Shown: positions 40,611 through 54,640, numbered from the stretch's first letter. The stretch: DNA of 61,056 nt from Octopus bimaculoides (GCF_001194135.2 NC_068983.1:148334641-148395696); one strand, 5' to 3'. Notes: generated by a model not told the origin, from the letters alone. Program-made: numbers and translations.

Positions 40611-40986
40611 CGTGGAGGCGCAATGGCCCAGTGGTTAGGGCAGCGGACTCGCGGTCATAGGATCGCGGTTTCGATTCCCAGACTGTGAGTGTTTATTGAG
40701 TGAAAACACCTAAAGCCCCACGAGGCTCCGGCAGGGGATGGTGGCGAATCCTGCTGTACTCTTTCACCACAACTTTCTCTCACTCTTACTTCCTGTTTCT
40801 GTTGTGCCTGTAATTCAAAGGGTCAGCCTTGTCACGCTGTCTCACGCTGAATATCCCCGAGAACTACGTTAAGGGTACACGTGTCTGTGGAGTGCTCAGC
40901 CACTTGCACGTTAATTTCACGAGCAGGCTGTTCTGCTGATCGGATCAAATGAAACCCTCGACGTCGTAAGCGACGGAGTGCCAACA
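40611..40986 (+). mobile_element. Near full-length tRNA-derived SINE (family C) with a perfect 14-bp target-site duplication
   Basis: ATTACCAGATCGGT at 40597-40610 and 40987-41000. A-box TGGCCCAGTGGTTAG, B-box GGTTTCGATTCCC. Confidence 0.9.
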
Positions 40987-43596
40987 ATTACCAGATCGGT
41001 ACAATAAAGTACTATATAAGTTCATTGCGGTTTAAACCACAAACCTTGAGAACTTCTGGCCTTGTGTCTAGACTAGAGATCATCATTACGGGCGGTTGAT
41101 TAGTAAACTCGCTAGATGTCTTAGTATAATTATTAGGGATCTTTACAATCTGAATCACCAGCCACGGTCAGATTTGTCTGTCTTCTTTTCAAGGTTGTTA
41201 AAATTAAGTGCCAGTCAAGTACTGGGATCCAAAGAATGACTGTTCCATTCCCCATCTTTCTGATCTTCAGTCTATGCTAATAAGATTTATCAATATTAAT
41301 ATTTTGTACATTTCTAAGTGAAGGACAAGACATAAGATTTGTAAGGAAGCGAGTGCAGTCCACTGAAGGGACTACAATACGTTACTGGTATGTATATTAT
41401 CGCAGATAAGTAATTCCGGCACGATTTGAACCTTCTTTCTAAGGATAATAAATACCTCACATTCTACTGCTCTGAAACATTATCATCATATCTGATAATC
41501 ATTATGAACATGTAACAACTGCTCTGTATGTACAATAAGAAGATAAATATTACGAATGAAGTTTTAACGAATCTTTTAGTTGCAGATATATGCCGTATAT
41601 TACATGATGCCATGTTACGTACTGGTGAGGAAGAGAAATGTCGAGTTTTAGTTGAAAAAAATTAGTCCATGCTGCTGATGATGATGATGACGACGACAGA
41701 CCATGTTAGTAAGGATGGTGATGATGATGATAATGATGATGATAGTGTCAGTGACGATGATGATCAAAGTTGAAATTATAAAAATAACAGTACAAGAAGG
41801 CAATATGCACAGTACAAGTAGACACAGCATGTCGTGCCATTTAAACTGTGACTTATAAAAATGTTTATTGGTATTTCTCTTAGCCCGTAAGTCGAATTCC
41901 AAACAAAACGTATTCTACTAAAGTGAATAAAATGCTGTGATATGTAAGTACGTTCTTTCTAAGTTGACATTTATATTTATAAATGAAACTACGCTGTTTC
42001 TCACTTAACATTTTGCACACCGTGCCACAAATTTGTTTTATCCAAGCCAGTACACACGACTCAATTGCCGTTGTTAGCAATACATGGCGTAGAATAGTAC
42101 TGAGGAAACATGATGGAGAAGATAATATTGTACCGAGAACAGAGGTAGGTACTTCTGTACTGATAATACGTGGCGGGGAGTTTATATAATAAAGAACTAG
42201 AAATGAACAAGTAATATATTATGAGGCAGATAATAATGTACTGAAGATTCATGGTGGTGCATATTACTGTTGTGAAAATGTACACTGGGATATATACTGA
42301 TAGTGAATATATTATGGGGTTTATAATATCGCATTGAAAATATACAGTGGATTATTAAATATTGAGAAAGAAATGTTGACATATAATATTGTAATATATT
42401 AAACTGTATTAGTAATAATACGGAACATATAATAATGAACTGAAACTAGAACTGAAAGAAGCTGAGATGATGTTTGATATATATTAAATTTAAATCAGTA
42501 CTGTATGCTAATATATGATTCATTCGTTTATAGTGATCCAGTTTTCACAGTATCTGGTATATACCACTATGTTTAGTCCCATTTCAGCTAAACCGCTGAA
42601 GGGAAGCTGACCAGTTTTGAAATAATAAAAGATTTCCAACATGTCACAAATCCTACAAATACTTCAAGATTGAATACAAACAGTTGATTATGATCATAAT
42701 TACGCTTGGCTGGGGTAAAGATGGTATCAACTGATAGTCCTATTACTCGACTTCTACACGCGTTTAAGTTTATAAATTAGTAGTGACGTTTCCAGCAGTT
42801 CCATCACTTTGTGTGCGTGTGTGGATTTGGATGTAAGAATTATACGTATGTATATATATATATATATATAATGGGATGTATCCTTATATACATACATAAG
42901 TGGATATGCATTTAATGTGTTTCTTTCTCTCCCTTCATATAAAGTGTGTATGTGGAGAAAGAAAGACAGACATTTGTAATTATGCATTCAAGTATACAAT
43001 ATATGGCAGCACACAAATCTCACATATTTCTTAATTTTCATGAAGAAAAGAGCTAGATAAGTCACATACCTTCAATGCCCTTTATTTATAAATATTTAAT
43101 TTAATCTGTTTCATGAAACAGAGATGCTACATTTGCCAAATATTTTACAGCTTGCTTTCCTTCACTAGGGAACCTAAAAGTTGGTTGCTTGGTTTTTCTG
43201 TGCGAGCATGGTTTGTAGAGTACATAAATAATTTTAGGTGAATGAACAGGGAATTCCCAAATGTCAACGTAACCTTCATACAATTAAGGTATCCTCGACT
43301 TGAGTATCCCTCATTGAGTAATTATTACATCAGAGGATCTGCTAGATAGAAAACATATTTAGCCTGGCTTTTACTTGTCCCACTCCCTCAATTTGGATTT
43401 TTATTCGCATTCATAACAACTCTAGCCGCGAGCTATACATACATTTTTTCAGAGCTTATCGAAATTCGAAAAAAGCCTACAAACTTCGATGCCAATAGAT
43501 TATTATTGTACCCGAACGTTGTATTTTATACCTACTAGGGACTGCTCGACGCTTACAAACTTCCTACGCTTAGCTCATTGGATCTTACAATTACGT

Positions 43597-43627
<31 letters not shown>

Positions 43628-44552
43628 NNNNNNNNNNATATACACAGAAATAAAGTGAAAGAAATAGGAGTCATCCCATTAAAGATGAGTCTTCAATCTG
43701 AACATGTTCCAAATTTTTTTCAACGCAACTGGCTGGGCATATATAATAACTCCATTAATTTCGCAATAGAAACTTGAACCTCGGAATAAGACGTGAGTGA
43801 GGTTTGAGATTTCAATGAACTCAGCTACTTGTATTGGTTATATTATAGTCTTCCCTTTATACGCCACGTGCGGCATGTTTCTATATACTGGAGTATGTAT
43901 ATTTACATGAGTGTGGTTTACATGTCTACACAAAAATGTGGTTAGCATTAAAGCTTTGTCAATAATATAGAAGTGTATGTTACGTACACACAACTGACAC
44001 ACTCCAGCAACCTTGTCGAAATATGAAAGAAGCATCAACAATACTGGACAGCCAATTGCAGTCTGGTCAACTACTGTTGAAAAGAAAACACTGTTTACTA
44101 TATAGATGTATGAATGGTGGATTAAAGTGACTTTGTGTTTGAATATAGGCAGATATATAGAGAGTTAAACATATACAACAACAACAAAAACTCATTTAAA
44201 CAAACATCCGTACGTGCGCAGAATTAATGATACATCTATACCCCGGTATTATCTATTTCACCGTCTCTTGCCTTCTTCCAATCTCTTTCTTACTTTCTTT
44301 CCTTCTTTATCTCTCTCTCCTCCTCCTCTCTCTCACTCATTTGTATAAGTGCGTGAATATGTGTATAATGCATATATATATATGTATATATGTATATAAA
44401 CACACATATATATATACATATAGACACACACACACACACACACAGACATGTATGCGTGCATTGACTTCATGTGTATCTGTCACTGTATAAATAGATGCAG
44501 TCACTCAGGCAAATATATCACTAGATAAGCTTATAAACATATAAAAGCATAT

Positions 44553-44599
<47 letters not shown>

Positions 44600-45885
44600 C
44601 ACGCACACATATGTAGACATACTCACACATTCATACTAACACAGGATAGATATATGAATCTATTTATTCCCATCTATTATTCAATTCATAGTTTTGAAAT
44701 GTACACAATAAATCAGGAGCGTAAATATATATATTATATAAATAGCAACAATATTAGTATGTGATTACTATTTGATATTCTTGAATATTTCTGCAATGAA
44801 ATTTCCAGTTGAAGAACTACATTCTCACGCATTAGCTGCACGGCAAATTCTATTTAGAATTTAAAGCATGTACATTACTTATTATTGAACATATTTTCGT
44901 CTCACTAAAATCGTGATAAGTTCAATGGTTTGAACATGATTTAATGTGTAAACAGTCTATTCTGAAATGTGAATATGTGTATATTTACACACACTTACAT
45001 GCATACATCTCTCTCTCCTTCTGTCTCTCTCTCTCCTCCCCCTCTCTCCCCTTCTGTCTCTCTCTCCTCCCCCTCTCTCTCTCTCTATATATATATATGT
45101 ACATATATATACATATTATATATATGTATACTTTATATACATACATTTTATATATATATATACATATGTTTACATCATATATACATATATACATATACAT
45201 ATTATATATATATGTATACCTATATAATATGTATGTGTATACATACATATTTTAGTATATATATATGTGTGTGTGTATGTGTGTGTACATATAATATGTA
45301 TGTATATATATATATATATGTATATATATATGTATATAGGTATATATATATAATATATATATAATATGTAATTCTATAATAACATGTATGTATATATGTA
45401 TAATATGTATATATGTATATGTATATACACATGAATAATATGTACATATATGTATATATAAATATATATTATATAGTGAGAGAGGTAGTGAGAGACATAA
45501 ACACACACGTGTGAATATATGCANNNNNNNNNNNNNNNNNNNNNNNNNNNNNNNNNNNNNNNNNNNNNNNNNNNNNNNNNNNNNNNNNNNNNNNNNNNNN
45601 NNNNNNNNNNNNNNNNNNNNNNNNNNNNNNNNNNNNNNNNNNNNNNNNNNNNNNNNNNNNNNNNNNNNNNNNNNNNNNNNNNNNNNNNNNNNNNNNNNNN
45701 NNNNNNNNNNNNNNNNNNNNNNNNNNNNNNNNNNNNNNNNNNNNNNNNNNNNNNNNNNNNNNNNNNNNNNNNNNNNNNNNNNNNNNNNNNNNNNNNNNNN
45801 NNNNNNNNNNNNNNNNNNNNNNNNNNNNNNNNNNNNNNNNNNNNNNNNNNNNNNNNNNNNNNNNNNNNNNNNNNNNNNNNNNNNN

Positions 45886-46197
45886 GTATGATTGTGTATA
45901 GAGGAATATATTATTTTGTTTAAAAGAGTTCCAACACTGTTTTTTATGTTTTATTTATATTCCTGCAAAACCAATGTGGTATATAGAATATGGAACATAC
46001 AATATATAATATAATATACAATACATAATATAAAATAAAAATGGATGGTACTATGAAATAAAGTATTGAATGTCTTATTGAATATATGGAATATGTCTTA
46101 TTGAATAGATGAAATATTGAGTGTTCAATATAAAGGATTAAATATATAAAGGCGAATACGTATTTTCTATACCTTGTGGTGTTTCATCATGGCCGGT
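45886..46197 (-). repeat. Right copy of the ~300-bp inverted repeat (partner at 4302-4598)
   Basis: gtatgattgtgtatagaggaatatatt...catcatggccggt is the reverse complement of accggacatgatg...ctctatacacaatcatac. Confidence 0.9.
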
Positions 46198-48414
46198 ATG
46201 ACAGACTGACACGTTTATCTGTGGGTAGTCATAGAATCTGACTGCTTAGAATATGGAGTCATGCTCGTATATAAATTTAATATTGTTTCAATCTAAGAGT
46301 GCTTTGCCTTCATTTAGTTGTCTGTACGTGCACGCACGTGTTCGTATGTGCGTATGCGTGCGTGAGGGAATAGTTGTAAGCATGTGGAAGTCCATGGACA
46401 GGTACACCTCTGCATGTCTTAACGTTCTATGTATGGTTATATGCACATATTACACCTGAGGACTTGTTAGTTTCTCATGACTAATTGCAGTGACGGCGCA
46501 CGCCTTCATTATATACGGAAACAATAGTGAAGCACTTAGCACAGAACAAAAGGCAATATTGCCCCCTCCTTAAACTGCATCAATTAATCATCTCTGTTTG
46601 AAGAAATTCTTACAAGCAGCTTGTTAACTCAATCATTACTGCCGAAACCAACGTTATCGTTTAGAGGAAGCAGTTTTCCTTTTGCGAACTACTTTCCGTA
46701 CGATGAATATATTCACTGTATTCATATACGCAATATTACTAATTCTTAATGATTAATGCAAATGCTACTCAATGTATTTACAGTTCCATTTACCAACACT
46801 AAATGTTGCTGTTGGAATGTATCTTTAATAATCATACAAGAGTGGACTCTTGCCTCACCCATTTCCTGGCTTTTCTCTTAAAGTCTTTGAAATCTTTTGA
46901 GTAATTTCGTTTTCACGATCTTCTATTTATTTATTTATTTATTTATTTGTCTATGCATTTATGTATTTATTTATTTATTTATTTATTCATTAATTTACTT
47001 TGTGCCTTCAGTGCTTGCATTTCTGTACTCTTACATTAAATATTTCCCACAAATTCCCCTCTAAATTAAACATTATAATTAATAGAGTGTTCAACGAAAT
47101 TGTCAACCCGGCTCTCACACACACACTTTCGATTTTGTTTCCTTTAACTCTAAGTTGACCAACCGCTATTTAAAATATACATAACCTCAACTAACCTTGG
47201 CCAATGACGCTAAATAACGAATTCAATTTCGCTTCTTTTATCCATCCATCTTTCATCTATCCATTCTTCCATACTCCTAACCATCTTGTCATTCAGAGAT
47301 TCTCTTTATTCATCGTTCATTCAGTTCTCAATTCGTTCATTTGTCCAATTATTTTTTTATTTACTTGCTTCTGTGTTTCTTGTTTCATTTTGTTTTCATT
47401 TTATTTTATTTTCACTTTGTGGGTTTTTTTTTTATTTTTATTAAATGTAGGAAGACATTGGCCAAAGTTTATTTGTTCATTGGCCAATAGTCAACAGCGA
47501 AGGAATGTTAGTTATAGAACAGGGAAAATTCTATCTCTGACTGATGAAAAGAAGAATACGTTTTCTTAAATTTTGTCCACTTATGGATACACATCTACCT
47601 AAAAACTCGCTGCTATCTTATGCATATCTCTGGAAGCGAGAAAGAATTTTTCATTCAGAAACAAGAAGCTAATTTGTCCTATTGTTTTGAGGATAAAAAC
47701 AGTGATGTACAGTAATGGGGAATAGAATAATATGGCTTTGTATGATGTAATACAGTGTAAGTGTAGTGTCGACGCGGTAATATTGAGAAGCGTGTTGTTT
47801 TATTTGGAGGTGTAAGGCGTTGTGTAGGGTAGTGTAGCGTGTTATGCTGTGTGGTGTAATGTGCAGATTGGATCAAAATATTTCCTCCTTATGTTGCTAT
47901 GGTGACATCAGTTATTCCCTTCCTATATTGTTATGGCAATATAAAATATTCATTAAAATCATTAATTAATAACAATATTGATAACGATATTAACAGTAAT
48001 ACTAATATTATTAAGAATAATAATTTCTTTCACATGTTAATAAGGGTTTATTACATTTTATAATAATAGCAATAGCTGTAGCAATATGTATATAATTATT
48101 GATAGTATTTTTTTTTTTGGAAGTAATAAAAATTTTCATCATCAACAACAACAACATTATCAACTTCATCACTATCACCATTGCAACCATTAACTTCACT
48201 ACTGCTTCGATATTATGAAGAATGGCATCAATGCTAGTATCAGTACTAAATTATTATAACTTCCGTTAAACTCATTACAGTGTAGAAATATTTGCATATA
48301 GTTGTTAATGAAAGTGATAGTGATTGCAATGGTAACCATACCAACATTAAGGACAATTATATTTGACCTTCATGTAAACAATAACTACAATAATTATGAC
48401 TTCTAATTTTGGTA

Positions 48415-49611
48415 TAAGATTACCCTTTTGTTAGGGAAAGGAATAGTCAATTAAATCGACTCCAGTGCATAACTGGTAATTACTCTATCGATTCGGGAAG
48501 GATAAAAGGAAAATTTGACCTCGGCCGGATTTAAACATAAATTTGGACTCGGAACTTAAAAGGAGGTAACATTATACCGCTAGGTGACAGAACCGGTAAA
48601 CCATCGAACATTCTGTACGAAGGTCAACCGATTCTGTCATTTTCTGCCTTAATAACTACAATATTAACTGTTTCTAGCATTGACATAAGATCAAAAGTTT
48701 TTGAGGAGGGCACTATCGATTAAACCGACTCCAGTCACTAAATGGTACTTATTTTATTGATTTTGAAAGGATGAAAGGCAAAGTTAACCTCGGTGGGATT
48801 TGAGCATAAATTTGACATAAATACTGTAAGATATTTAAGCCGACATTATTTTTCTGCCATTAATCTGCTTTTAACAAGAGTATTGAAACAAAAAAACATT
48901 TATTATTATCATTATTATTTTTTTTTTTTATTTATTAGGTGACCTGGCAGAATCGCTAACACGCCGGGCGAAATGCTTAGAGGTATTTTGTCTGCCGCTA
49001 TGTTCTAAGTTCAAATTCCGCCGAGGTCGACTTTGCCTTTCATCCTTCGGTGTCGATTAAACAAGTACCATTTACGCACTGGGGTAGATGTAATCGACAT
49101 AATCCCTTCTCCCAAATTTGCGGCCTTGTGCTTCCAGTAGAAGCAGTTATTATCATTATTATTATTAAGAGGGTGGCGAGATGGTAGAATCGTTAACGCA
49201 CAGGGCAAAATGTTTAGTAGCATTTCGTCCGTCCTTGCGTTTTGATTTCAAATTCCGCTGAGATTGACTTTGCCTTTCAGCCTTTCGGAGTCGATTAAAT
49301 AAGTACCAGTTACGCACTGGGGTTGATGTAATCGACTAGCTCCACTCCCAAAAATTTCAGGCCATGTGTCTATAGTATAAAAGATTATTATCATTATTAA
49401 GGGAGCGATGAGCTGGCAGAATCGTTAGCACGCCGGGCAAAGTACTAAGCGGCATTTTGTCCGTCTTTAGTTCTGAGTTCAAATTCCACTGATTTCGACT
49501 TTGCCTTTCATCGTTTCGAAGTCAATAAAATAAGTACCAATCGAGCACTGGGGTCGATGTAGTCAATTTACCTCCTCCCCCAAAATTTCAGGCTTTGTGC
49601 TGATAGTAGAA
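48415..49611. mobile_element. Cluster of five SINE family A copies: two minus (48415-48640, 48672-48850) and three plus (48938-49143, 49171-49383, 49400-49611)
   Basis: Repeated family A consensus with short (ATT)n spacers between the plus copies. Confidence 0.85.
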
Positions 49612-49950
49612 TTGATGGTCTTGTGTCGAATACCAGGCACGCAGACTTAGTTGGCACTGCTCTAAAAGTATATGAAGCGGTAATAGGAGCAAAAATTAAC
49701 CGAAAAATGTCAGCAAGCCTGCAGCTCAGAACTTGGAGAGACAGGTCCATTCCGTTCAATAACGACGTGGGTACTGGACTGAGGGACCAGTTAAGTTGCT
49801 CGGGGTCTGGTTTGGATTGGTCCAGATCTGCAGGCGGAGAAGAACAAAAACGAGGTGACGAGAATGGTGGCTAATCTCACCCAGAAATGGGTTGATAGAA
49901 AGCTACCCTTGAAAGGTCGTGCAGAGGTGGCGAATGCTTACATCGCTTGT
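49612..49950 (+). mobile_element. Tx1/L1-clade reverse transcriptase fragment
   Basis: YEAVIGAKINRKMS..L..W, then with a shift WTEGPVKLLGVWFG..EKN..EV..LTQKWVDRKLPLKGRAEVANAYIA, matching the L1/Tx1 RT thumb pattern GAKIN..KS / VK.LGVWFG / W..R.LSL.GRA.V.N. Confidence 0.8.
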
Positions 49951-50103
49951 GTCCATTTCAGGATGGGTGCACTATAACGGACTACAGCAACAGCACATAT
50001 GACGTCAGCAATCACAAGGTTCCCTGAGTTGAGTTTTGATTCAAGAGAAGTTTGAGGTGCTTCAAATATGCAGTGATGCCTTGTCTTTCATTTCCAATTA
50101 TCA

Positions 50104-50135
<32 letters not shown>

Positions 50136-51186
50136 TTTAGATAAAAAAAAATTGCATGGATTTTACACTGTAACTTATATTCCAGGAAAATTAGATTTAT
50201 GATTAATACGCTGGAATAAATGTCAGAAAAAAAGAGAGCGTGGAAGTAAGAAAGAATGGTTGGGAATGATAATCCTCTTGCGCAAATTCTGCAGTGGAAA
50301 TAGAGAAACACTTCATCATCCGCTGGTCAGACGCATAGAAGACTTCTTTGTAATAATAATGGTAAAATACATTACAATGCAGTGGCGTCCTTGGCAATTT
50401 GGATGGGTGAAATAAGAAGTGTTGTTTTGAAAAAAATCCAATATGGTATAAAACGAGATGAATAGAGGAACTAGTACCATCAGAGAAAGAAATAGAAACA
50501 TTAACAGTTGCGAATTTGGATTCTATTTGTGTAATTTAATCACAGCCATAAGATAGGTTTCAATTTTAGAGAATATCCACTGGAAGGGGAAATAAATTAT
50601 CGATATTCTCTGTCCCATTGAGAAAACAAAAATTAACGCCAGTAAAAGAAAGTTTGAGAAAGTGCCAAGTAGGATTTGAAATATGTGAATTCGTAGGAAA
50701 ATGTAGTCTATGTGGAAATACAAGCTGCGTTGAATAGACTGAAGTTGAACTACAAATAATCAAAGACAATTAAAGGAAAGATAATCGTTGAAGGTGAACT
50801 GTATAAAGATGCAGAATATTGTGTTATTCATGTACAATTGAAATAATGCTGTCAAAGTACTACCGGGACTTTTCGAAACCGACAGAAACTCCAGTTACAG
50901 ACGGTTAATAAGTTTTTAGAAAACTGGCATCTTTTACCAACTATGAGATGTTACTAAATAACAATAACAATAAGGAAGAGATGATCAAGAAACTGAAGAA
51001 TGAAAGACAATTAGAACAACGATGTTAATTATGGTGAAGGAGAGTGATGTTAAGGAGAAGGAGAAAGGGAAATAAAAAGAAAACATGAAGTTGTAGTGGA
51101 AGATAAGAAAATTCACAACATTTAATAATCGAATAGAAAGTGACTTTGTCATAAAATCCCAAAAGTCTCGATCAAGTTATAGATAA

Positions 51187-52320
51187 CACTGGTCAAAAAA
51201 ACAAATTTTTTTAATGGTGTCGAGACACCAAACATCTTTTTTTTAGCTAACTTGAGGGCGCTGGATTTGAAAATGACCTTACCTTTTCTTGGTTGGCAAC
51301 CATTTTTACTGTACAGAAATGCCACATTCTTGGGGAAAGAACCATATTTTTCATTTGTTTTCTGTTATATCTGATTTTGATCGATGGCAATATTTCTCAA
51401 AGTAAAATCGTAGAACCCTCTCAATTCGTATTTAAACCAACAAATATTGGCCTACTCATTGAAAATACTATTTTTGCAATCAGAATCAGACCCTAAGTCT
51501 TTAAAAATAACACGATTGAATATACCAAGACCAACAAGTATTTTCATCAAATCAGTAAATAGACTAACTGCAGAAATAAAACCTTCGTGAAGTTAAGAAA
51601 CTATAGAAAAAATTTTCTCTTTCTTGATTGTCTGTCATGTTCAATGTTATTTAGGCCCCTTTTGATACGCCAGCAGTAGTCAGCCATTATTCGTAATCCC
51701 GCGTGGAGGGCAGGTGTTATGGTGAAACTATTTTCATGATGTTCATCATGTACAATGGAATAGGTGCATTCAATTGGGATGTCTTTAGTTGGAGTTTTTT
51801 CCAACTGTGAAAACAAAAGCTCTTAATGTGCTTGGTTTCCTTCTGTATTCAAGGGATAAAAGTGATGGGATAAATTTATGAATATCAAACAGAAGATTTT
51901 TTAAAGTTTCATTTTCTCGATGTCATCTTCATTATCAGGTTTTACTAAATTGTATTACTGATAAAGTTTATCAGTTAATTTAAATTTTGGCAATAAATTG
52001 GAAAAAGTTGGTACTCCTATGTTAAAATTTTTGACTCAAAAACACTTTTTTCTTATAAAAATAGTTTATTTCAGGTGGCTGACATAAATTGCTCGGCCTA
52101 CCTGAAACTTCATGGGTTTCTGCTACTTTTTTTAACTAAATATTTCGTTCAGCCAAGTTCGTAAGTTGATCTTTTTTTCCAAAAATGATCGATTTCAGTA
52201 CAAAAAAAAACCCGAAGCTAACCATGAAAAAATAAGGTCATTTTCGGAATCAGCACCACCAAATTAGATTTTAAAAAAACGGGTTTTGTTTCTTGGCACC
52301 AAAAATCGTGTCGACCAGTG
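51187..52320 (-). mobile_element. Internally deleted Chapaev3-like (CMC superfamily) DNA transposon
   Basis: Ends are TAA|CACTGGTC...GACCAGTG|TAA, giving CAC...GTG termini and a 3-bp TWA duplication. Imperfect TIR similarity extends about 130 bp (gcgctggatttgaaaatgacctt vs aaggtcattttcggaatcagcacc). ORF 51601-51816 ends MADYCWRIKR..H.RQSRKRKF, a C-terminal motif I recall from this transposase family. Confidence 0.75.
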
Positions 52321-53054
52321 TAATGCATTAATAGGCGAACGAAGTAGGAAAAAATACTCCAAGGGAAGTTTTATCAAAGAAATAACAACTGTAATATCGA
52401 CAGTGACATTTAACATATATATAGAAAACGAGACTTCTTGGAGCAGCAGAGGGAGCTTCTAGTGGGAGAGATGTTGGTAATCAACTATCGTAGAGGGAGA
52501 CATTCCCTTGTAGATTAAAACAATGCAGAACTAAACATTTGAAGTTTGAATCAAGAAGTAAAGAAGGCGCACAGAATATTTTATCTTACAAGCGTATGTG
52601 TGGCTGTGTGACTGCTTCCGGATATTGGCTGTGCAATTTCCTTTGTCAACGAAGGAGACAAAGAAAGAAAGAAAGAAAGAAATGAAGAAAGAAACAAAGA
52701 AAGAAAAAAGAAAAGGAGAAAGGGAAACGGAAATGAAGATGATAAATTTGAGAAATTTATAGACAACGCGTAAGTCGAAATCATTGTAAGAAGTTATTAA
52801 ATGCGAAAGTGCGGTAAGAAGATTCTCTGTAGTGTTTATCACCTGTAACCCGTACGCATAATAAATCAAGCAACATCTAATCCCCTTAGTAAGCAAACCA
52901 ACTGAAGAAACCACTAAGCAAACCAACTGAAGAAACGTCCCTCAAGTTATCTGCTTAACGTTGTTTAATATTGCATGGCACGCAAACACATGCACACACA
53001 CACACGCATATACAAGCGCTCACAAACACATGCACACGCATATACACGCACTCT

Positions 53055-53096
<42 letters not shown>

Positions 53097-53369
53097 TATA
53101 TAATTACAAATTTTACTATTTCTGATGTTGAGTTTTCACATTTAACCATATATGCGAATTCAATGTATTTGTCTTTGTCTTCATTCCTTTGAAATTTATT
53201 ACAATAACTTACAATGGATATCTTTTTCACCAGGCATAGTTTCTAAGCATAATGCTGTTCCCTCATATTCAGATATCCCCAGCATTGAAATACATTCATA
53301 TACATATACAAACGAATATGAGTAAACGATTCGTATCCACGTGCAACTTAGATAAGTTTTAATCTTTCA

Positions 53370-53534
53370 GGAGTGGCTGTGTAGTAAGTAGCTTGCTCAC
53401 CAACCACATGGTTCCGGGTTCAGTCTCACTGCGTGGCACCTTGGGCAAGTGTCTCCTACTATAGCCTCCGGCCGACCAAAGCCTTCTCAGTGGATTTGGT
53501 AGACGGAAACTGAAAGAAGCCCGTCGTATATATG

Positions 53535-53579
<45 letters not shown>

Positions 53580-53810
53580 NNNNNNNNNNNNNNNNNNNNN
53601 NNNNNNNNNNNNNNNNNNNNNNNNNNNNNNNNNNNNNTGTGTGTTTACGTCCCCGTAACTTAGCGGTTCGGAATAAGTGACTGATAGAATAAGTACTAGG
53701 CTTCCAAAGAATAAGTCCTGCGGTCGATTTGCTCGACTAAAGGCGGTGCTCCAGCATGGCCGCAGTTAAATGACTGAAACAAGTAAAAGACAGTAAAGAG
53801 TATAAGCTGA
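53370..53810 (+). mobile_element. tRNA-derived SINE family B with internal (TG)n
   Basis: aggagtggctgtgtagtaagtagcttgc..ggttccgggttcagtctcactgcgtggcaccttgggcaagtg..gacggaaactgaaagaagcccgtcg-(TG)n-cgtaacttagcggttcgg..gctccagcatggccgcagttaaatgactgaaacaagtaaaaga. Inverted homolog at 37280-37670. Confidence 0.85.
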
Positions 53811-54009
53811 ATGTGAAATATAAATTGGATCTGCCACATGGTCGTACCGATAGATAAAAATAGCTGCTATATTTTACACAACTCATACACATGCCTTTAA
53901 GTTACAAAGATGAAATACACATTAAAAATATATCTCTTGACAACGTGTAATAAACTCAACGGGACGACTGGATTGCATTTTAATCAATTGTACTCATCAA
54001 TGGTTCTAA

Positions 54010-54640
54010 ACAATCTCAGAGGCAATAAGTTGCTGCGCCTTTTAATGCTAAATTAAAACGTCTTTTAGAACTGCTGATATGTAGGAAGTAGTTCTCCTGT
54101 TAAACGCAAGCATCATAGACTGAGTCCAAACGAAGGCCTTTCGATGGATTTCAGACCGTGGCTATAATACCGGCTGCTCTCTTAAGGGCCAGAATATATC
54201 TCAGTAACAACTGCTGACACTCAACAAAGCTCAAATGGGGATCGCAATGGAGTACTGTTCCCACATTTCGAATGTTGTTTCTTGATACCCACACAAACAT
54301 CAAGAGTAATCCAAAGAAGGATTGTATCCAATGAAGGACCACTCAAGTGATTGTATTTCGATTCCTAACAGTGACATTCTAGTTTCAAGCCCATAGGCTT
54401 GCAGTTTCTTTTTCTGCATTTTCTATTCCAACAATAATGGTTCCTGTTCCCCGGAGTTGTCTGGTGTCGTACCACTCAAGCTCACTCTTCCCTACATTTG
54501 CGTCTATTTTTTCCACTGAAACCTCCCAGTTCATGACTTTCCTGCAGGTGTTGATCTGTGACAGCTCATCTGGAACACTGACTCGATCAAGCTTACCGGT
54601 CTCGAGCGCCTCGCAACATCATGTGCATTAACCCTTCATT
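54010..54640 (+). mobile_element. L2/CR1-clade LINE 3' ORF2 remnant
   Basis: KAQMGIAMEYCSHIS (cf. YKAQ.RP.MEYCSHIW) and a later NLPVHDFPAGVDL (cf. WN.LP..VFP...L..FK), with many stops. Confidence 0.7.

Noticed and set aside
40611-40685. tRNA-like sequence
   Set aside because: It is the head of a TSD-flanked SINE, and the 3' acceptor stem is missing.
47690-47876. His/Thr/Tyr-rich 65-aa ORF
   Set aside because: Decayed (TGTAG)n-type pentanucleotide repeat.
50280-50620. Faint LTR/Gypsy RNase H-like words (FIIRWSDA*KTS, EKEIETLTV, IHWKGK*IIDIL)
   Set aside because: Too degenerate to support without a profile-HMM search.
52889-52937. Tandem duplication of taagcaaaccaactgaagaaac (similar small duplications at 59544-59600 and 37690-37735)
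   Set aside because: Ordinary short slippage duplications. Two units only, so not CRISPR-like or otherwise structured.
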